DNA of 43,570 bases from IMG/VR virus record IMGVR_UViG_3300013426_000010, positions 1 to 43,570 of that record. One strand, given 5' to 3'. The stretch comes from a virus. Position 1 is the first letter of the stretch. Each line of letters begins with the position of its first letter. Below, piece by piece: positions 22,367 through 32,810 of the stretch. The notes beneath the pieces are model-generated. The model searched no databases and was not told where the DNA came from. It saw nothing but the letters and a program-made list of their open reading frames with translations. Position numbers and translations under genes: made by a program.

Positions 22367-22984
22367 ATGCCAAGAGGTAACAACAATTTGAGGAAAGAGC
22401 AACATTGTGCCAAGGAGCAAAGGCTAGAGATTGTCGCGCCCCTTTGGCGCAAGAACTACAATTATCGGGAGATTCGAGCCGAGGTAATGAAGCGACTTGG
22501 ATTGCCTTCTTATTCCTTGCAAACCGTGAAGCGTGATGTTGATACCCTGCTTAAGGAATGGCAGGAAAACCGACTGGGCGACACGGAGAAAAAGATAACT
22601 TCCGAACTGGCACGCATCGACCTCGTAATCAAGGAAGCGTGGGAAATGTGGGAAAAGTCAAAGGAAGACTACGAGAAACGTAAGTCGAAGCAAAAGGGCA
22701 AGCCGAAGACCGACAAACAAGGTGTGCAGATAGGTGTAACGACCACGTACCAAGAGATGCAGAACGAGGAATACCGAGCCAAGGGTGATGCCCGATACTT
22801 GGACATCATCATCCGTTGCATCGAGCGTAGGTGCAAGTTGCTTGGGCTGGATAAGGAGACCATCGACTTGAATACTCAGATAGAGGACGGCAAGTTAGAA
22901 ATCGTCTACGTCAGCAACGGAGGTGTCGGCATCTCCCATTCCGAGGAGGAAGTACGCAAGCGTGAGGGGCTGGCGGATATATAA
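22367..22984 (+). CDS. terS: Terminase small subunit (inferred)
   Basis: 205 aa, immediately upstream of terL, with an N-terminal HTH-like segment (NYNYREIRAEVMKRLGLPSYSLQTVKRDV) followed by a charged coiled coil. Confidence 0.6.
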   Translation: MPRGNNNLRKEQHCAKEQRLEIVAPLWRKNYNYREIRAEVMKRLGLPSYSLQTVKRDVDTLLKEWQENRLGDTEKKITSELARIDLVIKEAWEMWEKSKEDYEKRKSKQKGKPKTDKQGVQIGVTTTYQEMQNEEYRAKGDARYLDIIIRCIERRCKLLGLDKETIDLNTQIEDGKLEIVYVSNGGVGISHSEEEVRKREGLADI

Positions 22985-23045
22985 ATTCATGAACTGATTT
23001 TCTTTTATCATATTTCTGTTTAGTTTTAGTTAGATTGAAAGAGCG

Positions 23046-24221
23046 ATGGCATTATTCGAGGTACTTGATTTGTTTCGTGAGAACGCAGACAAAAAGCCTA
23101 GGTTTCTTGTTAACCAAGGCGGAACGTCTTCGGGCAAGACGTATACAATCATGCAGCTTTTGATAGTGTTGTCGCTCAATCATCCTCGGGCTATCATTAC
23201 GGTGGTTGGTCAGGATTTGCCTAACTTGAAGGTGGGCGCATTGCGAGATATGCAAACTATTCTGAACGGAAACAAGTGGCTAAAGGGTACGTTTCGGGAA
23301 AATAGGAGCGACCATTATTTCCGAGCGTCCAACGGCTCAATCATTGAGTTCAAGACCTATGGGGATGCGCAGGACGCAAAGAACGGTAAGCGTGACTGGC
23401 TTTTCATCAACGAGGCGAACGGCGTGCCTTACGACATCTTTTGGCAGCTTCAAATCCGAACCAGAGAACAAATCTTCATCGACTACAACCCAACTGCACG
23501 ATTTTGGGTGCATGACCAGATTATCGGAAGGGCGGATTGCAAGTTGATTCTCTCGGATCATCGGGCTAACAAGTTTTTAACAAAGGAGCAACATTTAAGA
23601 ATCGAGGAAATCGAGGACAGAGAACTGTGGGCGGTTTATGCCCGAGGGTTGACTGGAAAGCTGACTGGGTTAGTCTTCCGTGACTGGGGAATTGTTGATT
23701 CCCTTCCGCCTAGGGAGGATTGGAAAATGAGCTGCCGAGGATTGGACTTCGGATTTACCAACGACCCTAGCGCACTGGAGCATGTTGTCTTGGCTCATGG
23801 CGAGTTGTGGGTTGACGAGGAAATCTATGAGGTGGGCATGACGAACCCCGACATTGCAAGGAGGTGCAAGCAGAAGGGAGTGACAAAGGGCGACATGATT
23901 GTTGCGGACTGCGCTGAGCCGAAATCCATACAAGAGATACACAACGAGGGCTTGTATATCGTTCCCAGCACAAAGGGAGCGGATTCCATCAACAACGGAA
24001 TCGACATCTTGAAGCGTTACCGCATCAACATAACAAGGCGTTCGAAAGGCATCATCGGAAACATGCAGTCGTACAAATGGATTGTTGACCGGGATGGAAA
24101 GACCACCAACAAGCCGATAGACGCATTCAATCATGGCATAGACGCAATAAGATACGTTGCCCTTAAGAAGTTCACCATCGAGCACAGGGGAACGGCTAGG
24201 GCGAAGATAATGAGGACTTAA
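23046..24221 (+). CDS. terL: Terminase large subunit (PBSX/Terminase_3-like)
   Basis: Walker A NQGGTSSGKTYTIMQ, Walker B-like DWLFINEANG, and a C-terminal nuclease region with DFGFTNDPSAL and FNHGIDAIRYV. Confidence 0.9.
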   Translation: MALFEVLDLFRENADKKPRFLVNQGGTSSGKTYTIMQLLIVLSLNHPRAIITVVGQDLPNLKVGALRDMQTILNGNKWLKGTFRENRSDHYFRASNGSIIEFKTYGDAQDAKNGKRDWLFINEANGVPYDIFWQLQIRTREQIFIDYNPTARFWVHDQIIGRADCKLILSDHRANKFLTKEQHLRIEEIEDRELWAVYARGLTGKLTGLVFRDWGIVDSLPPREDWKMSCRGLDFGFTNDPSALEHVVLAHGELWVDEEIYEVGMTNPDIARRCKQKGVTKGDMIVADCAEPKSIQEIHNEGLYIVPSTKGADSINNGIDILKRYRINITRRSKGIIGNMQSYKWIVDRDGKTTNKPIDAFNHGIDAIRYVALKKFTIEHRGTARAKIMRT

Positions 24222-24236
24222 CAAAGGTATTCGAGT

Positions 24237-24785
24237 ATGGATAAAAATATTAAATTCAAAGATTGGCTAGTGCTGGCTCAGTTGGCTGGCTTCAAGATTG
24301 AGAAGTGCAGCCGCCCTTCCTTTGTCGGCAAGCATGAGACCCCGAGAGACCTGCAAGGGCTGACGCTAGGGCAATTAATCTCGCTATCTGAACTTGATGG
24401 CACGAACGAAAGCATCTACACCATTTGCGAAACGATTCTGAGGATGGAGCGCAAGGAGGTGGAGAAAGCCCGAGCCGTTGACGTGGTCCGCTTCGTAGGC
24501 TGGGTGTCGAGGGAGGTTGACAAGATAAACAAACTTTTCGATAGGGCCGCAATCAACAAGCCAACGCAACAAGAGAAGCAAGCAGGGGTGGAAACCTTGA
24601 ACTTCGGGCTTTTTGGGATGTTGGATTGGTTTGCTCAACGCATGAGGATTCAAGACCACGACCAAGTATTGAAAATTCCGTGGCTCAGAATATACAAGTG
24701 CATTGACATGGACAACAAGAAACGTGCCTACGAGATTCGCTTGGCGAAACTGAGGGCTGCGGAAATGAAGAGAAACCAAAGATAA
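24237..24785 (+). CDS. Hypothetical structural-module protein
   Basis: 182-aa ORF, 15 nt after terL. Confidence 0.5.
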   Translation: MDKNIKFKDWLVLAQLAGFKIEKCSRPSFVGKHETPRDLQGLTLGQLISLSELDGTNESIYTICETILRMERKEVEKARAVDVVRFVGWVSREVDKINKLFDRAAINKPTQQEKQAGVETLNFGLFGMLDWFAQRMRIQDHDQVLKIPWLRIYKCIDMDNKKRAYEIRLAKLRAAEMKRNQR

Positions 24786-24796
24786 GTAAAAAGCCT

Positions 24797-25234
24797 ATGG
24801 GAACAATAGAGAAAACTTTGAAGGAGACCGCCAAGAGTGTTCTCCCTTCTTTCAGTTGGGTGTTTGATTCTTGGCTGGATGCCGATTCCCAATTGGACCG
24901 CATCAAGTCCTTTCCCGCCATTGTGGTGATTCTGCCAACGAGCGGAAGCACAGAGGTGAGAAACAACAAGGTCTATGACCGTGAGAATATCGCCGTTGCC
25001 TTCATCGACCTAGCCAAGAGGGATTCGGACGGGGAGGAGAGCGCAGAGGTCTACAACCGCATGAAAGTGGCTGGAGCCCGATTCATTCATTCCCTTATCA
25101 AGTCCAGAGCCTTTGAGGGACTGGAGGGAGAAAACACATATGAAACCATCTATGAGAAGGGGAGCAGCATCTTTACTGGCGTTGTCTACTCATTGAGGGT
25201 TAAACAAGTTATTGGGGGGTGCGTCGATGGCTAG
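24797..25234 (+). CDS. Hypothetical structural-module protein (neck or tail-completion candidate)
   Basis: 145-aa ORF, assigned by position only. Confidence 0.45.
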   Translation: MGTIEKTLKETAKSVLPSFSWVFDSWLDADSQLDRIKSFPAIVVILPTSGSTEVRNNKVYDRENIAVAFIDLAKRDSDGEESAEVYNRMKVAGARFIHSLIKSRAFEGLEGENTYETIYEKGSSIFTGVVYSLRVKQVIGGCVDG

Positions 25235-25760
25235 GGATATGTTTCAGTTCGACCCGAAGGCGGCATCCATCATCCTGCGTGAGGAGATGGAGAGAGCAAG
25301 GGAAATCATCATCCAGCACATTTGGGCGAATGGTCAAAATGCAAGTGGCCGCACGGTCAAAAGCATGAGGGTGGAAGCTAACGAAAACGGTGCCGCATTG
25401 TATGGGCATCGTCCGTTCGGTGTGCTGGAGACTGGCCGCAAGGCTGGAAAGATACCTTACGGATTCGCCGGCATAATCCGCCAGTGGATGAAGGACAAGG
25501 GAATCCATGGCACGCCGATTCCGTATGTTACCAACAAGCCACACAAGTACACGCCGCAGGAGCGTGGCGACATGAGTATGGCGAGCGCAATAGCGCATAC
25601 AATCGCAACAAGCGGCTCAAAGTTGCATCGTGATGGAGGAAGAGCGGACGTTTACTCCAACGTCCTAGGCGACACCATGGAGAGAATTAATAACAGATTG
25701 TCCGCTCTTATCATCAAGAGCATGGATTCAATCAAGTTGAACAATGAAACTATAGGCTAG
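25227..25760 (+). CDS. Hypothetical structural-module protein (neck or tail-completion candidate)
   Basis: Start taken at ATG 25227 (MARDMF), overlapping the upstream gene by 8 nt. 177 aa. Confidence 0.45.
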   Translation: MARDMFQFDPKAASIILREEMERAREIIIQHIWANGQNASGRTVKSMRVEANENGAALYGHRPFGVLETGRKAGKIPYGFAGIIRQWMKDKGIHGTPIPYVTNKPHKYTPQERGDMSMASAIAHTIATSGSKLHRDGGRADVYSNVLGDTMERINNRLSALIIKSMDSIKLNNETIG

Positions 25761-25763
25761 GAT

Positions 25764-26867
25764 ATGAGAACGAAAATAGACAAAAACGTAACTTTCGAAT
25801 ATGCTGATGAAATCGGCTTTGCGTTCATGCCGTGCGTACTGAGGGCAAGCGGAAGTAATCTTGCATCATTGAAACTGGAGATAGACTGCGGAAGCTATTC
25901 TAAAGCCTATACCGTAGATGCCATTAACGAGAAGGTAGCTATGGACTATCGTGAGTTTATTCAAGGGGCTTTCGATGGACTGGAAAGCGCAACGGTTGAT
26001 TGGACGGTTGCCTATGACACGAGCAATCTTTCAAAGGTTTTTTCACTGGATGCCTATGCCATCGGTTCTTCGGGCAATACCATTGCGGAGATAGCTTGGA
26101 ATACAACATACATTTGGGGAGCGGTCAATCCTCGGGAAACATGGAACGGATTCAAGCGTTTGACGTGGTTCACGAATTTCCCTTTTTCCTTTGGACTTTT
26201 CATTTCCAAGGCTGGCACAAACGTGCTCGTTGGATATGAGGGCGCACCGCAGAAGTTGCTAAAGGTGGATGCCGTGGGAATGATAGATTTCAATTCTGCC
26301 GAACTTCCTACTGGTGCCCGATATTCCGTCGTCTACGACTATGACGGAGAAATCAAGCAAGCAACCTTCGACAATTATTTTGATTTGACTTTCTACCTTA
26401 ACACTGGTGGCAAGCAATCAAAGTTACTTCGCATCGACTATGACAACACGGAGAGCGGCATCTACCTACGATGGATTGATAGACATGGATTCATCCGATA
26501 TTGGCTTTTTACACCAGTGGACGAGAGCAGAGCCGTGTCTACAGATGGAGAGTTCGTCAGAAACAACTTGCTTGCGTGGTCCGACCTATACGGCTATGTT
26601 GGAGCGAATGGAAGACGACAAGGATATTCAAGAGAGGACACGATAACCATCTGTGCGCCTAGCGTTGACCAAGATACTTTCGACATGCTTCAAGACCTTA
26701 CTACCTCGCCAGTGGTGGATATGTATTTGGGTGGGGACTGGAAGGCGGAAGAGGACAGATGGCAGAGCGTCACGATTAAGGCTGGAAGCTATACAAAGAC
26801 TTCGGCTTGCTTGCAGGATTTCGCCTGCGCACTGGTATTGAACGACACTAACATTCAGAAGCTATGA
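25764..26867 (+). CDS. Virion protein, 367 aa (distal-tail or baseplate candidate)
   Basis: Long ORF, ATGA-coupled to the next large ORF. Beta-rich composition. Confidence 0.5.
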   Translation: MRTKIDKNVTFEYADEIGFAFMPCVLRASGSNLASLKLEIDCGSYSKAYTVDAINEKVAMDYREFIQGAFDGLESATVDWTVAYDTSNLSKVFSLDAYAIGSSGNTIAEIAWNTTYIWGAVNPRETWNGFKRLTWFTNFPFSFGLFISKAGTNVLVGYEGAPQKLLKVDAVGMIDFNSAELPTGARYSVVYDYDGEIKQATFDNYFDLTFYLNTGGKQSKLLRIDYDNTESGIYLRWIDRHGFIRYWLFTPVDESRAVSTDGEFVRNNLLAWSDLYGYVGANGRRQGYSREDTITICAPSVDQDTFDMLQDLTTSPVVDMYLGGDWKAEEDRWQSVTIKAGSYTKTSACLQDFACALVLNDTNIQKL

Positions 26868-29218
26868 AGAAGGAGCAAAGACTTTATATCGATGGCGTGT
26901 TGATGGATTTGAGCGATGATGTGGAAATCACTCTAGACATCAAGAGCAATCTCTTTCGTGATGTTACCAAGATAACGGCTAACAACACGTATACTATCAA
27001 CCTTCCAAAAACGGTGCATAACATGTGCGCAATAGACTGGGCGGCGAAACCGAAGAACGGTTCTCGCTACCCTTATGCGTTCCATATGGCTCAGTACTTC
27101 CGCAATGGCTTGGAGGTTATCAAGGACGGAAGGGCTACACTCATGAGCATCGGGGACAATATCGAGATTTCTATCTACTGGGGCGTGTTCCCTGCTTTCT
27201 CCAAGCTACAAGAAAATGACTTGAAACTGAATGAACTGAAAACCGATGAGTACGTTCTTTTCAAGAAATACAACGAGCCTTCCAGCAAGGAGGATGCCAA
27301 GAAGAAAGGAATCTTTTATGCTTTTTACAATCCTTACCACATTTCCAGTACAGAGGGAACGTATGGCGTTAACTATACAAGGAACACACCCGACACATCG
27401 AAAGATATTGATTTGAAAGTCGGTTATATCAAGACTGGCGAGGAACTGGATGCCTACATTGGCGGCATCATAGTTGACGATTCCAGCTGGAGATGTGCCA
27501 TCGTTCCTTTTTATCCAACCATGACCGCATACATACAAGCAAGCGGATATGGAAGCATTCGGGCTTATGCTGTGTTAGACAAGAATGGACGGATCATTGA
27601 ACTTGCATCAGAGCAACGTTCACCTTATAAGCCAATATCAATGACTATCAAGGCGGGTGCGCAAGCGGCTTTTCTCGTGATAAACGTGCCTTCCGAATAC
27701 TGGAATGATACGCAAAGCATAATTAGTGGGGCGCAGGACATGAGGGTTTTAACCGATGTTTGGAACGAGGAAGAGGATTTTACGGGCGATACGGTTACTT
27801 ATACAGACATCTACAAGACTAGCCCGAAGTATTTGCAACCATGCGTAACGGTTAGCTGGATTCTGAATCTTATCAAGAACCAAACTGGAATTATATTCAG
27901 CTGGGATGATGAATCAGCCGCATTTCTCGAAAACATGGTTGTTCCTCTTGTGACTAGCAAGGCGGACGAAAATACCATTGTCGGCAAACTTTCTGCATCC
28001 ATCAATGCCGCAACCAAGTTGGGAACGCTCTCATTCGACTTGACGAGCAACATATCATCGATTCAGCAAAAGAGTGGCACCGCATTGACTAAAATCGACA
28101 TTACTGAGGATTGTAAGCTACACTTCGATTTGCAAGCAAGGACAAAGAAGAAATTCCAGGGGTATGTTGGAGAAAGCTACATGAATGACCTTACGGAGTT
28201 TTTCGTTGTAAAGGTGGTTTCGTATGAGAATGGAGAGACTAGCGAACAAGAGAATGAAATCAACGGTGCGGCTAAATATGAGGACGGTCAGTTTAAACTG
28301 GTTACATGGAAAAAGTCGGAAGCCACTGACGGATATGTATATGATGCAATTAGCGGCTGCATCGACCTAGAGTTGAAAAAGAATGATGTTGTTAGCTTTA
28401 TTATTTCGAGAACGAAATTCGGGGAATCATCCGAGGATATTGATTTGTATGCCGGAACGATAACTGCAACCATTCAGACGAGCGACAATGTACCTATAGG
28501 AGGTATGTTCCCTATAGGGATAAATCTTCCAGACATGACTGTCACGGACTTCATCAAGTTCCTATCGCTTGTTACTGGTACTTTTCCGAAACAGATTGGT
28601 AATAACGGAAGTGTTGACTTCGTGGAGTTCGATGCAATTTGGAACAATAGAGCCAAGGCGATAGACCTTACAAGAAAATTGATTCCCTATGAAGGACGGA
28701 ATACCGTTCGCAAGATGGAGTTTTCCGTTTCTGACTACAAACAGTACAATCGCTACAAGTGGAAGGAGGATGATGAAACCCCTAACGAGGATGCCGATTT
28801 GCAAGTCGCAAACACGACCCTAGACTACGAGCAAGACACATGGACTTTGCCGTTTGCCGCAAGCCTAGGAAACCGCATACCATTGCGAACGGTGGACGGA
28901 GTGGGAGCAAAGAGCGGCGGGGAATACAAGGGTTGCAAGGACAGAATCATGACATTCCGAAATACCGATTATTCATCTTTGGAGTTCGGCATCGACCTGC
29001 AACGAATTTTTGAAACAAAATATTCCAAGCTGGCTAAGACACTGGCAAATGCGCATGTAATCACGGAATGGCTCAATCTCTCGGATCTAGACATCTTGAA
29101 CTTTGACGAGACCGTGCCAGTGTACTTCGCCCAGTATGGGGCTTACTTTGCGGTTATTGAGTTGAAGACCACCAGCAACGGATATACGGAGGCAACAATG
29201 TTACAACTAGAATTTTAA
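26864..29218 (+). CDS. Large virion protein, 784 aa (tail tip, baseplate or second fibre candidate)
   Basis: Long ORF. The N-terminus LYIDGVLMDLSDDVEITLDIKSNLFRDVTKITANNTYTINLPKT resembles N-termini of tail or baseplate proteins. Confidence 0.55.
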   Translation: MKKEQRLYIDGVLMDLSDDVEITLDIKSNLFRDVTKITANNTYTINLPKTVHNMCAIDWAAKPKNGSRYPYAFHMAQYFRNGLEVIKDGRATLMSIGDNIEISIYWGVFPAFSKLQENDLKLNELKTDEYVLFKKYNEPSSKEDAKKKGIFYAFYNPYHISSTEGTYGVNYTRNTPDTSKDIDLKVGYIKTGEELDAYIGGIIVDDSSWRCAIVPFYPTMTAYIQASGYGSIRAYAVLDKNGRIIELASEQRSPYKPISMTIKAGAQAAFLVINVPSEYWNDTQSIISGAQDMRVLTDVWNEEEDFTGDTVTYTDIYKTSPKYLQPCVTVSWILNLIKNQTGIIFSWDDESAAFLENMVVPLVTSKADENTIVGKLSASINAATKLGTLSFDLTSNISSIQQKSGTALTKIDITEDCKLHFDLQARTKKKFQGYVGESYMNDLTEFFVVKVVSYENGETSEQENEINGAAKYEDGQFKLVTWKKSEATDGYVYDAISGCIDLELKKNDVVSFIISRTKFGESSEDIDLYAGTITATIQTSDNVPIGGMFPIGINLPDMTVTDFIKFLSLVTGTFPKQIGNNGSVDFVEFDAIWNNRAKAIDLTRKLIPYEGRNTVRKMEFSVSDYKQYNRYKWKEDDETPNEDADLQVANTTLDYEQDTWTLPFAASLGNRIPLRTVDGVGAKSGGEYKGCKDRIMTFRNTDYSSLEFGIDLQRIFETKYSKLAKTLANAHVITEWLNLSDLDILNFDETVPVYFAQYGAYFAVIELKTTSNGYTEATMLQLEF

Positions 29219-29230
29219 AGATATACAACC

Positions 29231-32200
29231 ATGGCAACAACTGAGGAGCAGAAAATCCTCGACATCAAGGTAAGATACGAGGATGCCTTGTACGGAATCA
29301 TTCGCTACAAGGAAAAGATAGATGATTTGAAGGCTTCGCTCGCAACCTTGAAAGAGCAGGAGAAGGACGGCACCATAACAAGGAACGAGTACAAGGTGCA
29401 GACGGAAGCAATCAATGTTCAAATGACCCAGTACAAGGACACGATGCGAGTACTGAGGAAGGAGATGCAAAACAACTTGCGACAAGAGCAATTTCAAGAA
29501 GGCAGCTTGAAACAATTGCGTGCCGAGTTGTCCAACGCCACAAAGGCTTACGATGAGCTTTCCAAGGCTGAGAGAAATTCAGCCAAGGGCAAGGAGATGC
29601 AGGAGCACATCAACAAGATAACAAACGAGTTGAAACTAGCCGAGGAACAAACGCAAAGATACTACAGAAGCGTTGGAAGTTATTACAATTCCATGCTAGA
29701 CTTGGCAGAAGACCTTCAACACGTAACCCCTATGGGTGGAGGTGGTGGAGTTGGAGAGTTCACCAATAGCGTTGTAACACTTGGCAAAAATCTTGAAGGG
29801 CTGAAAGGCAAGGTTCTTGCATTTTCAAAGACCTTGCTAGGGTTGGCCGCAAATCCAGTGTTCCTTGCTTTGGCTGGCATCACTGGCGCAGGAATGGCGT
29901 TCAAGTGGTTCTATGACTACAACAAGGGATTGTTGGAAGCTACAAGATTAACCCGAGAGTTCACTGGCTACACTGGCGATGCGTTGGAGAGTTTGCGCAA
30001 TAGCATTTCCGCCACCGCTGACCTATACGGAAAGGACTTCAAGGAGGTTCTTTCAACCGTAGACGTACTGATGCAGCAATATGGCTATGATGGGGAAAAG
30101 TCGATGAAGATAATCAATGACGGTTTTTCTAGTGGCGCAGATTTGTCGGGCGAGATGCTTTCGATGATTCAACAATACGCACCTGCATTCAACGACGCTG
30201 GCATTGCTGGCGATGAGTTGGTTGCAATCATCCAACAGACCAGAAGCGGATTGTTCGGCAAGGATGGCATGGACGCAATAATGAAGGCTAGCAAGTCTTT
30301 GCGCAACATGAGTTCCACCACCGCAAGCGCGCTGGATGCCATCGGCGTTTCTTCCGACACTCTCAAAAAGAAACTGGAGAGTGGTCAGATAACCATGCTT
30401 GATGCAATTCAGCAAATTTCGGGTAAGTTGAAGGAACTTCCTGCAAACACGCAAGAGGTAGGAACGGTAATTGACAACGTTTTTGGAAAGAAGGGAACGG
30501 CGGCTGGTCAGAAGCAAATCCAGGCACTTGCAGACCTCGAGACCAGTTTGGATAAGGTCAAGGAGTCGGCGGGTGGATATGCAAAGATTCAGGAGGAAAA
30601 CCAAAAGCTACAACGCGAGTTGAACGACTATACCTCTATGTTCTTCGACCAGTCCCAGAACGGATTTGGCACAATCATTGCGCAAGGAAAGCAATTCGGC
30701 ACAAGGGTGCTCATTACCATCTTGAAGGGGTTGCAGTCTGCAATCAACTATTTCGTGGACTGGTACAATGATTCCCTTCTGCTACGAACCGCCATAAATT
30801 CAGTGGGAGTTCAGTTCAGAGTTTTGTGGGCTACCGTGAAGTTGGTTGTTAACCTTGTTATTGATGCGTTCAAGAAAATGGCTTTGCAAGCAAAGGGAAT
30901 GGCGGATATTCTTGAAGGCATCTTTACCTTTGACGTTGACAAGGCTAAACAAGGTTTTAAGGAAATGTTTGACGTTACTGGCATCTTGAAAGAAGCGTGG
31001 GGGGACTTGAAGAAGTTCGGCAAGGAATCTGCACAATCCGTAATAGATGGCTACAATGCAGTTATGGGAAGCGCTAAACTGGAGCACATCAACACTGCGT
31101 CCCCTTACAATGGTGGCACAGACGGTTCTAATAGCACAGGTGGGTCAACTCCTAGCAAAAATAAAAATAACGGTACAGACGGCAAATCTAGCAAAAATAA
31201 GACAAAAAAGGAGATAGATGCCGAGAAACTGGAAGCCGAGCGCAAGAAAAAGCAGGAGAGAAAACTTCAAGAGGACATTGCGCTCATTCAATACCAATAC
31301 AACGTGAAGGTAATGGATGCAAAGAAGATGTTTCTTGCTGGCATGTACGAAAAAGATAGGGACTACGACACGGAACTGGAATCCTTGGAGAAAGACATGA
31401 TAGCCCGAAGCCTTGATGCTTACGTTGCGGCTGGCAAGATTGGCGAGCAGAAGGCGCAGGAGATGCAAGGTAAATTGCTTGACATCATGATTAAGGCAAA
31501 GGAGCAACTAAAGCAGAATGCAAAGGAGACCATCGAGGACTTGAACAAGGAGTTCGAGAAGGGCGAGAAGCTACGGATCGAGACCGAGGTCAAAGGTGGC
31601 GGCACCGGTGAGGAATCTGATGATTCTCTGAAACTGCAACGTTACCAAGCCTTCTTGCAATCCAAGTTAGCATTATACCAGAACGATGCCGAGGTGCAAA
31701 AGCAATTGCAGCAAGAAATCCACGATAACGAAATTGCCCTGCAACAGGATGCAAAGAAAAAAGAAATAGAGGAAGAGGAAAAGAAAAAAGAAAAATTCAA
31801 GGCAATTTACCAACAGATTGCGGACGGATTGGCATCTGCCATGGATGAGATGTTTGAAGCCGAAACTGCCAAGGGAAAAGCGTTTCTTAAGAGTATGCTT
31901 ATAACAGCTCTTGATATGCTGAAACCATATATTCTTGCAGAATTGCAAGTCAAACAGATAGCATCAAAGGGTATTTGGGGAATCGCTGAAGCTGCCGTAT
32001 TGACTGGAATTGTAGAAGCAACGTTTGCAGGAGCGAAAGCTGCAATTAAGGGCTTTGCCACTGGTGGCTTGGTTGAGGGAGAGGGAACTGGCACGTCCGA
32101 TTCCATCCCCGCAAGGCTCAGCAATGGAGAGAGCGTAATGACCGCAAGGGCTACTTCCATGTTTAGCCCGATTCTGTCTGCATTCAATCAATTGGGCGGT

Positions 32201-32368
32201 GGTGTTCCTATCGTAGTTAACGGTGGAGGTTCCCAGATTGGCGAGGACATGTTGGCCGCTGCGGTAGCGAAAGGCATGATGATGGCACCGAGACCAATTG
32301 TCAGTGTCGAGGAAATCACTTCCAAACAATCAAGGGTTGAGACTATCGAGAGGATTGCAAGAATCTAG
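29231..32368 (+). CDS. Tail tape measure protein
   Basis: 1045 aa, largely coiled coil. The core block GKDFKEVLSTVDVLMQQYGYDGEKSMKIINDGFSSGADLSGEMLSMIQQYAPAFNDAGIAGDELVAIIQQ fits the TP901-type tape measure core. Hydrophobic Gly-rich segments lie near both ends. Confidence 0.8.
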   Translation: MATTEEQKILDIKVRYEDALYGIIRYKEKIDDLKASLATLKEQEKDGTITRNEYKVQTEAINVQMTQYKDTMRVLRKEMQNNLRQEQFQEGSLKQLRAELSNATKAYDELSKAERNSAKGKEMQEHINKITNELKLAEEQTQRYYRSVGSYYNSMLDLAEDLQHVTPMGGGGGVGEFTNSVVTLGKNLEGLKGKVLAFSKTLLGLAANPVFLALAGITGAGMAFKWFYDYNKGLLEATRLTREFTGYTGDALESLRNSISATADLYGKDFKEVLSTVDVLMQQYGYDGEKSMKIINDGFSSGADLSGEMLSMIQQYAPAFNDAGIAGDELVAIIQQTRSGLFGKDGMDAIMKASKSLRNMSSTTASALDAIGVSSDTLKKKLESGQITMLDAIQQISGKLKELPANTQEVGTVIDNVFGKKGTAAGQKQIQALADLETSLDKVKESAGGYAKIQEENQKLQRELNDYTSMFFDQSQNGFGTIIAQGKQFGTRVLITILKGLQSAINYFVDWYNDSLLLRTAINSVGVQFRVLWATVKLVVNLVIDAFKKMALQAKGMADILEGIFTFDVDKAKQGFKEMFDVTGILKEAWGDLKKFGKESAQSVIDGYNAVMGSAKLEHINTASPYNGGTDGSNSTGGSTPSKNKNNGTDGKSSKNKTKKEIDAEKLEAERKKKQERKLQEDIALIQYQYNVKVMDAKKMFLAGMYEKDRDYDTELESLEKDMIARSLDAYVAAGKIGEQKAQEMQGKLLDIMIKAKEQLKQNAKETIEDLNKEFEKGEKLRIETEVKGGGTGEESDDSLKLQRYQAFLQSKLALYQNDAEVQKQLQQEIHDNEIALQQDAKKKEIEEEEKKKEKFKAIYQQIADGLASAMDEMFEAETAKGKAFLKSMLITALDMLKPYILAELQVKQIASKGIWGIAEAAVLTGIVEATFAGAKAAIKGFATGGLVEGEGTGTSDSIPARLSNGESVMTARATSMFSPILSAFNQLGGGVPIVVNGGGSQIGEDMLAAAVAKGMMMAPRPIVSVEEITSKQSRVETIERIARI

Positions 32369-32379
32369 GAGGACAGTGC

Positions 32380-32613
32380 ATGAAGATATATGACCTATTA
32401 CGCATTTCCGAAAGTGTCTGCAAGATGCTGGACGTGAACAACATCAAGGCTAGCGATGTGCGATACCTCATGATGTTCAAGGACTGGGAACGGTTGAGGA
32501 AGGAAGGGCACAAGTACGATTTCATCATCCATTACCTCAGCACCCAGTATGAGATTTCTCCGTCTTCCGTTGAGCGAATAACGAGAAGGCTAAATCGTGA
32601 CGTAAAAATATAG
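32380..32613 (+). CDS. Small HTH protein, candidate late-gene activator (Mor/C-like)
   Basis: 77 aa. The C-terminal HYLSTQYEISPSSVERITRRL resembles a Mor/sigma-region-4-type HTH. It sits just before a terminator and the head-module promoter. Confidence 0.35.
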   Translation: MKIYDLLRISESVCKMLDVNNIKASDVRYLMMFKDWERLRKEGHKYDFIIHYLSTQYEISPSSVERITRRLNRDVKI

Positions 32614-32629
32614 TTATTTCTTTAAGATT

Positions 32630-32701
32630 TGCGCTCTGTGCGGTTCTTTTTATTGATTGATATAAGTTATCAATTAAGATGAAAGAGCGGTGCAGAGCGC
32701 A
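32630..32701. repeat. Nested imperfect inverted repeat (cruciform or hairpin)
   Basis: Outer arms TGCGCTCTG (32630-32638) and CAGAGCGCA (32693-32701). Inner arms TCTTT/AAAGA and TTGATA-taagt-TATCAA. Confidence 0.8.
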
Positions 32702-32713
32702 ATCTTTTCGGTT

Positions 32714-32740
32714 TTCCGTCAAATTTTGACGGAAGGTTTT
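32714..32740 (+). terminator. Rho-independent terminator after the tail module
   Basis: TTCCGTCAAA / TTTGACGGAA perfect stem followed by GGTTTT. Confidence 0.7.
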
Positions 32741-32774
32741 GAACACGTATTGAATAAACACACTTGATTTTTAT

Positions 32775-32782
32775 TATCTTTG
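32775..32782 (+). promoter_or_regulatory. -7 box TATCTTTG upstream of the head module
   Basis: Matches TAnnTTTG, 29 nt upstream of ATG 32811. Confidence 0.45.
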
Positions 32783-32810
32783 CACTCGGAAACCAAATAA
32801 AACGCAAGAT

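Noticed and set aside
23670-24224. 184-aa minus-strand ORF
   Set aside because: It lies inside the large terminase gene, which has clear Walker A and nuclease motifs.
29231-29300. Programmed -1 frameshift chaperone pair expected just upstream of the tape measure gene
   Set aside because: The upstream gene is a 784-aa ORF ending 12 nt before the tape measure ATG. I saw no pair of overlapping small ORFs or slippery heptamer in the expected place.
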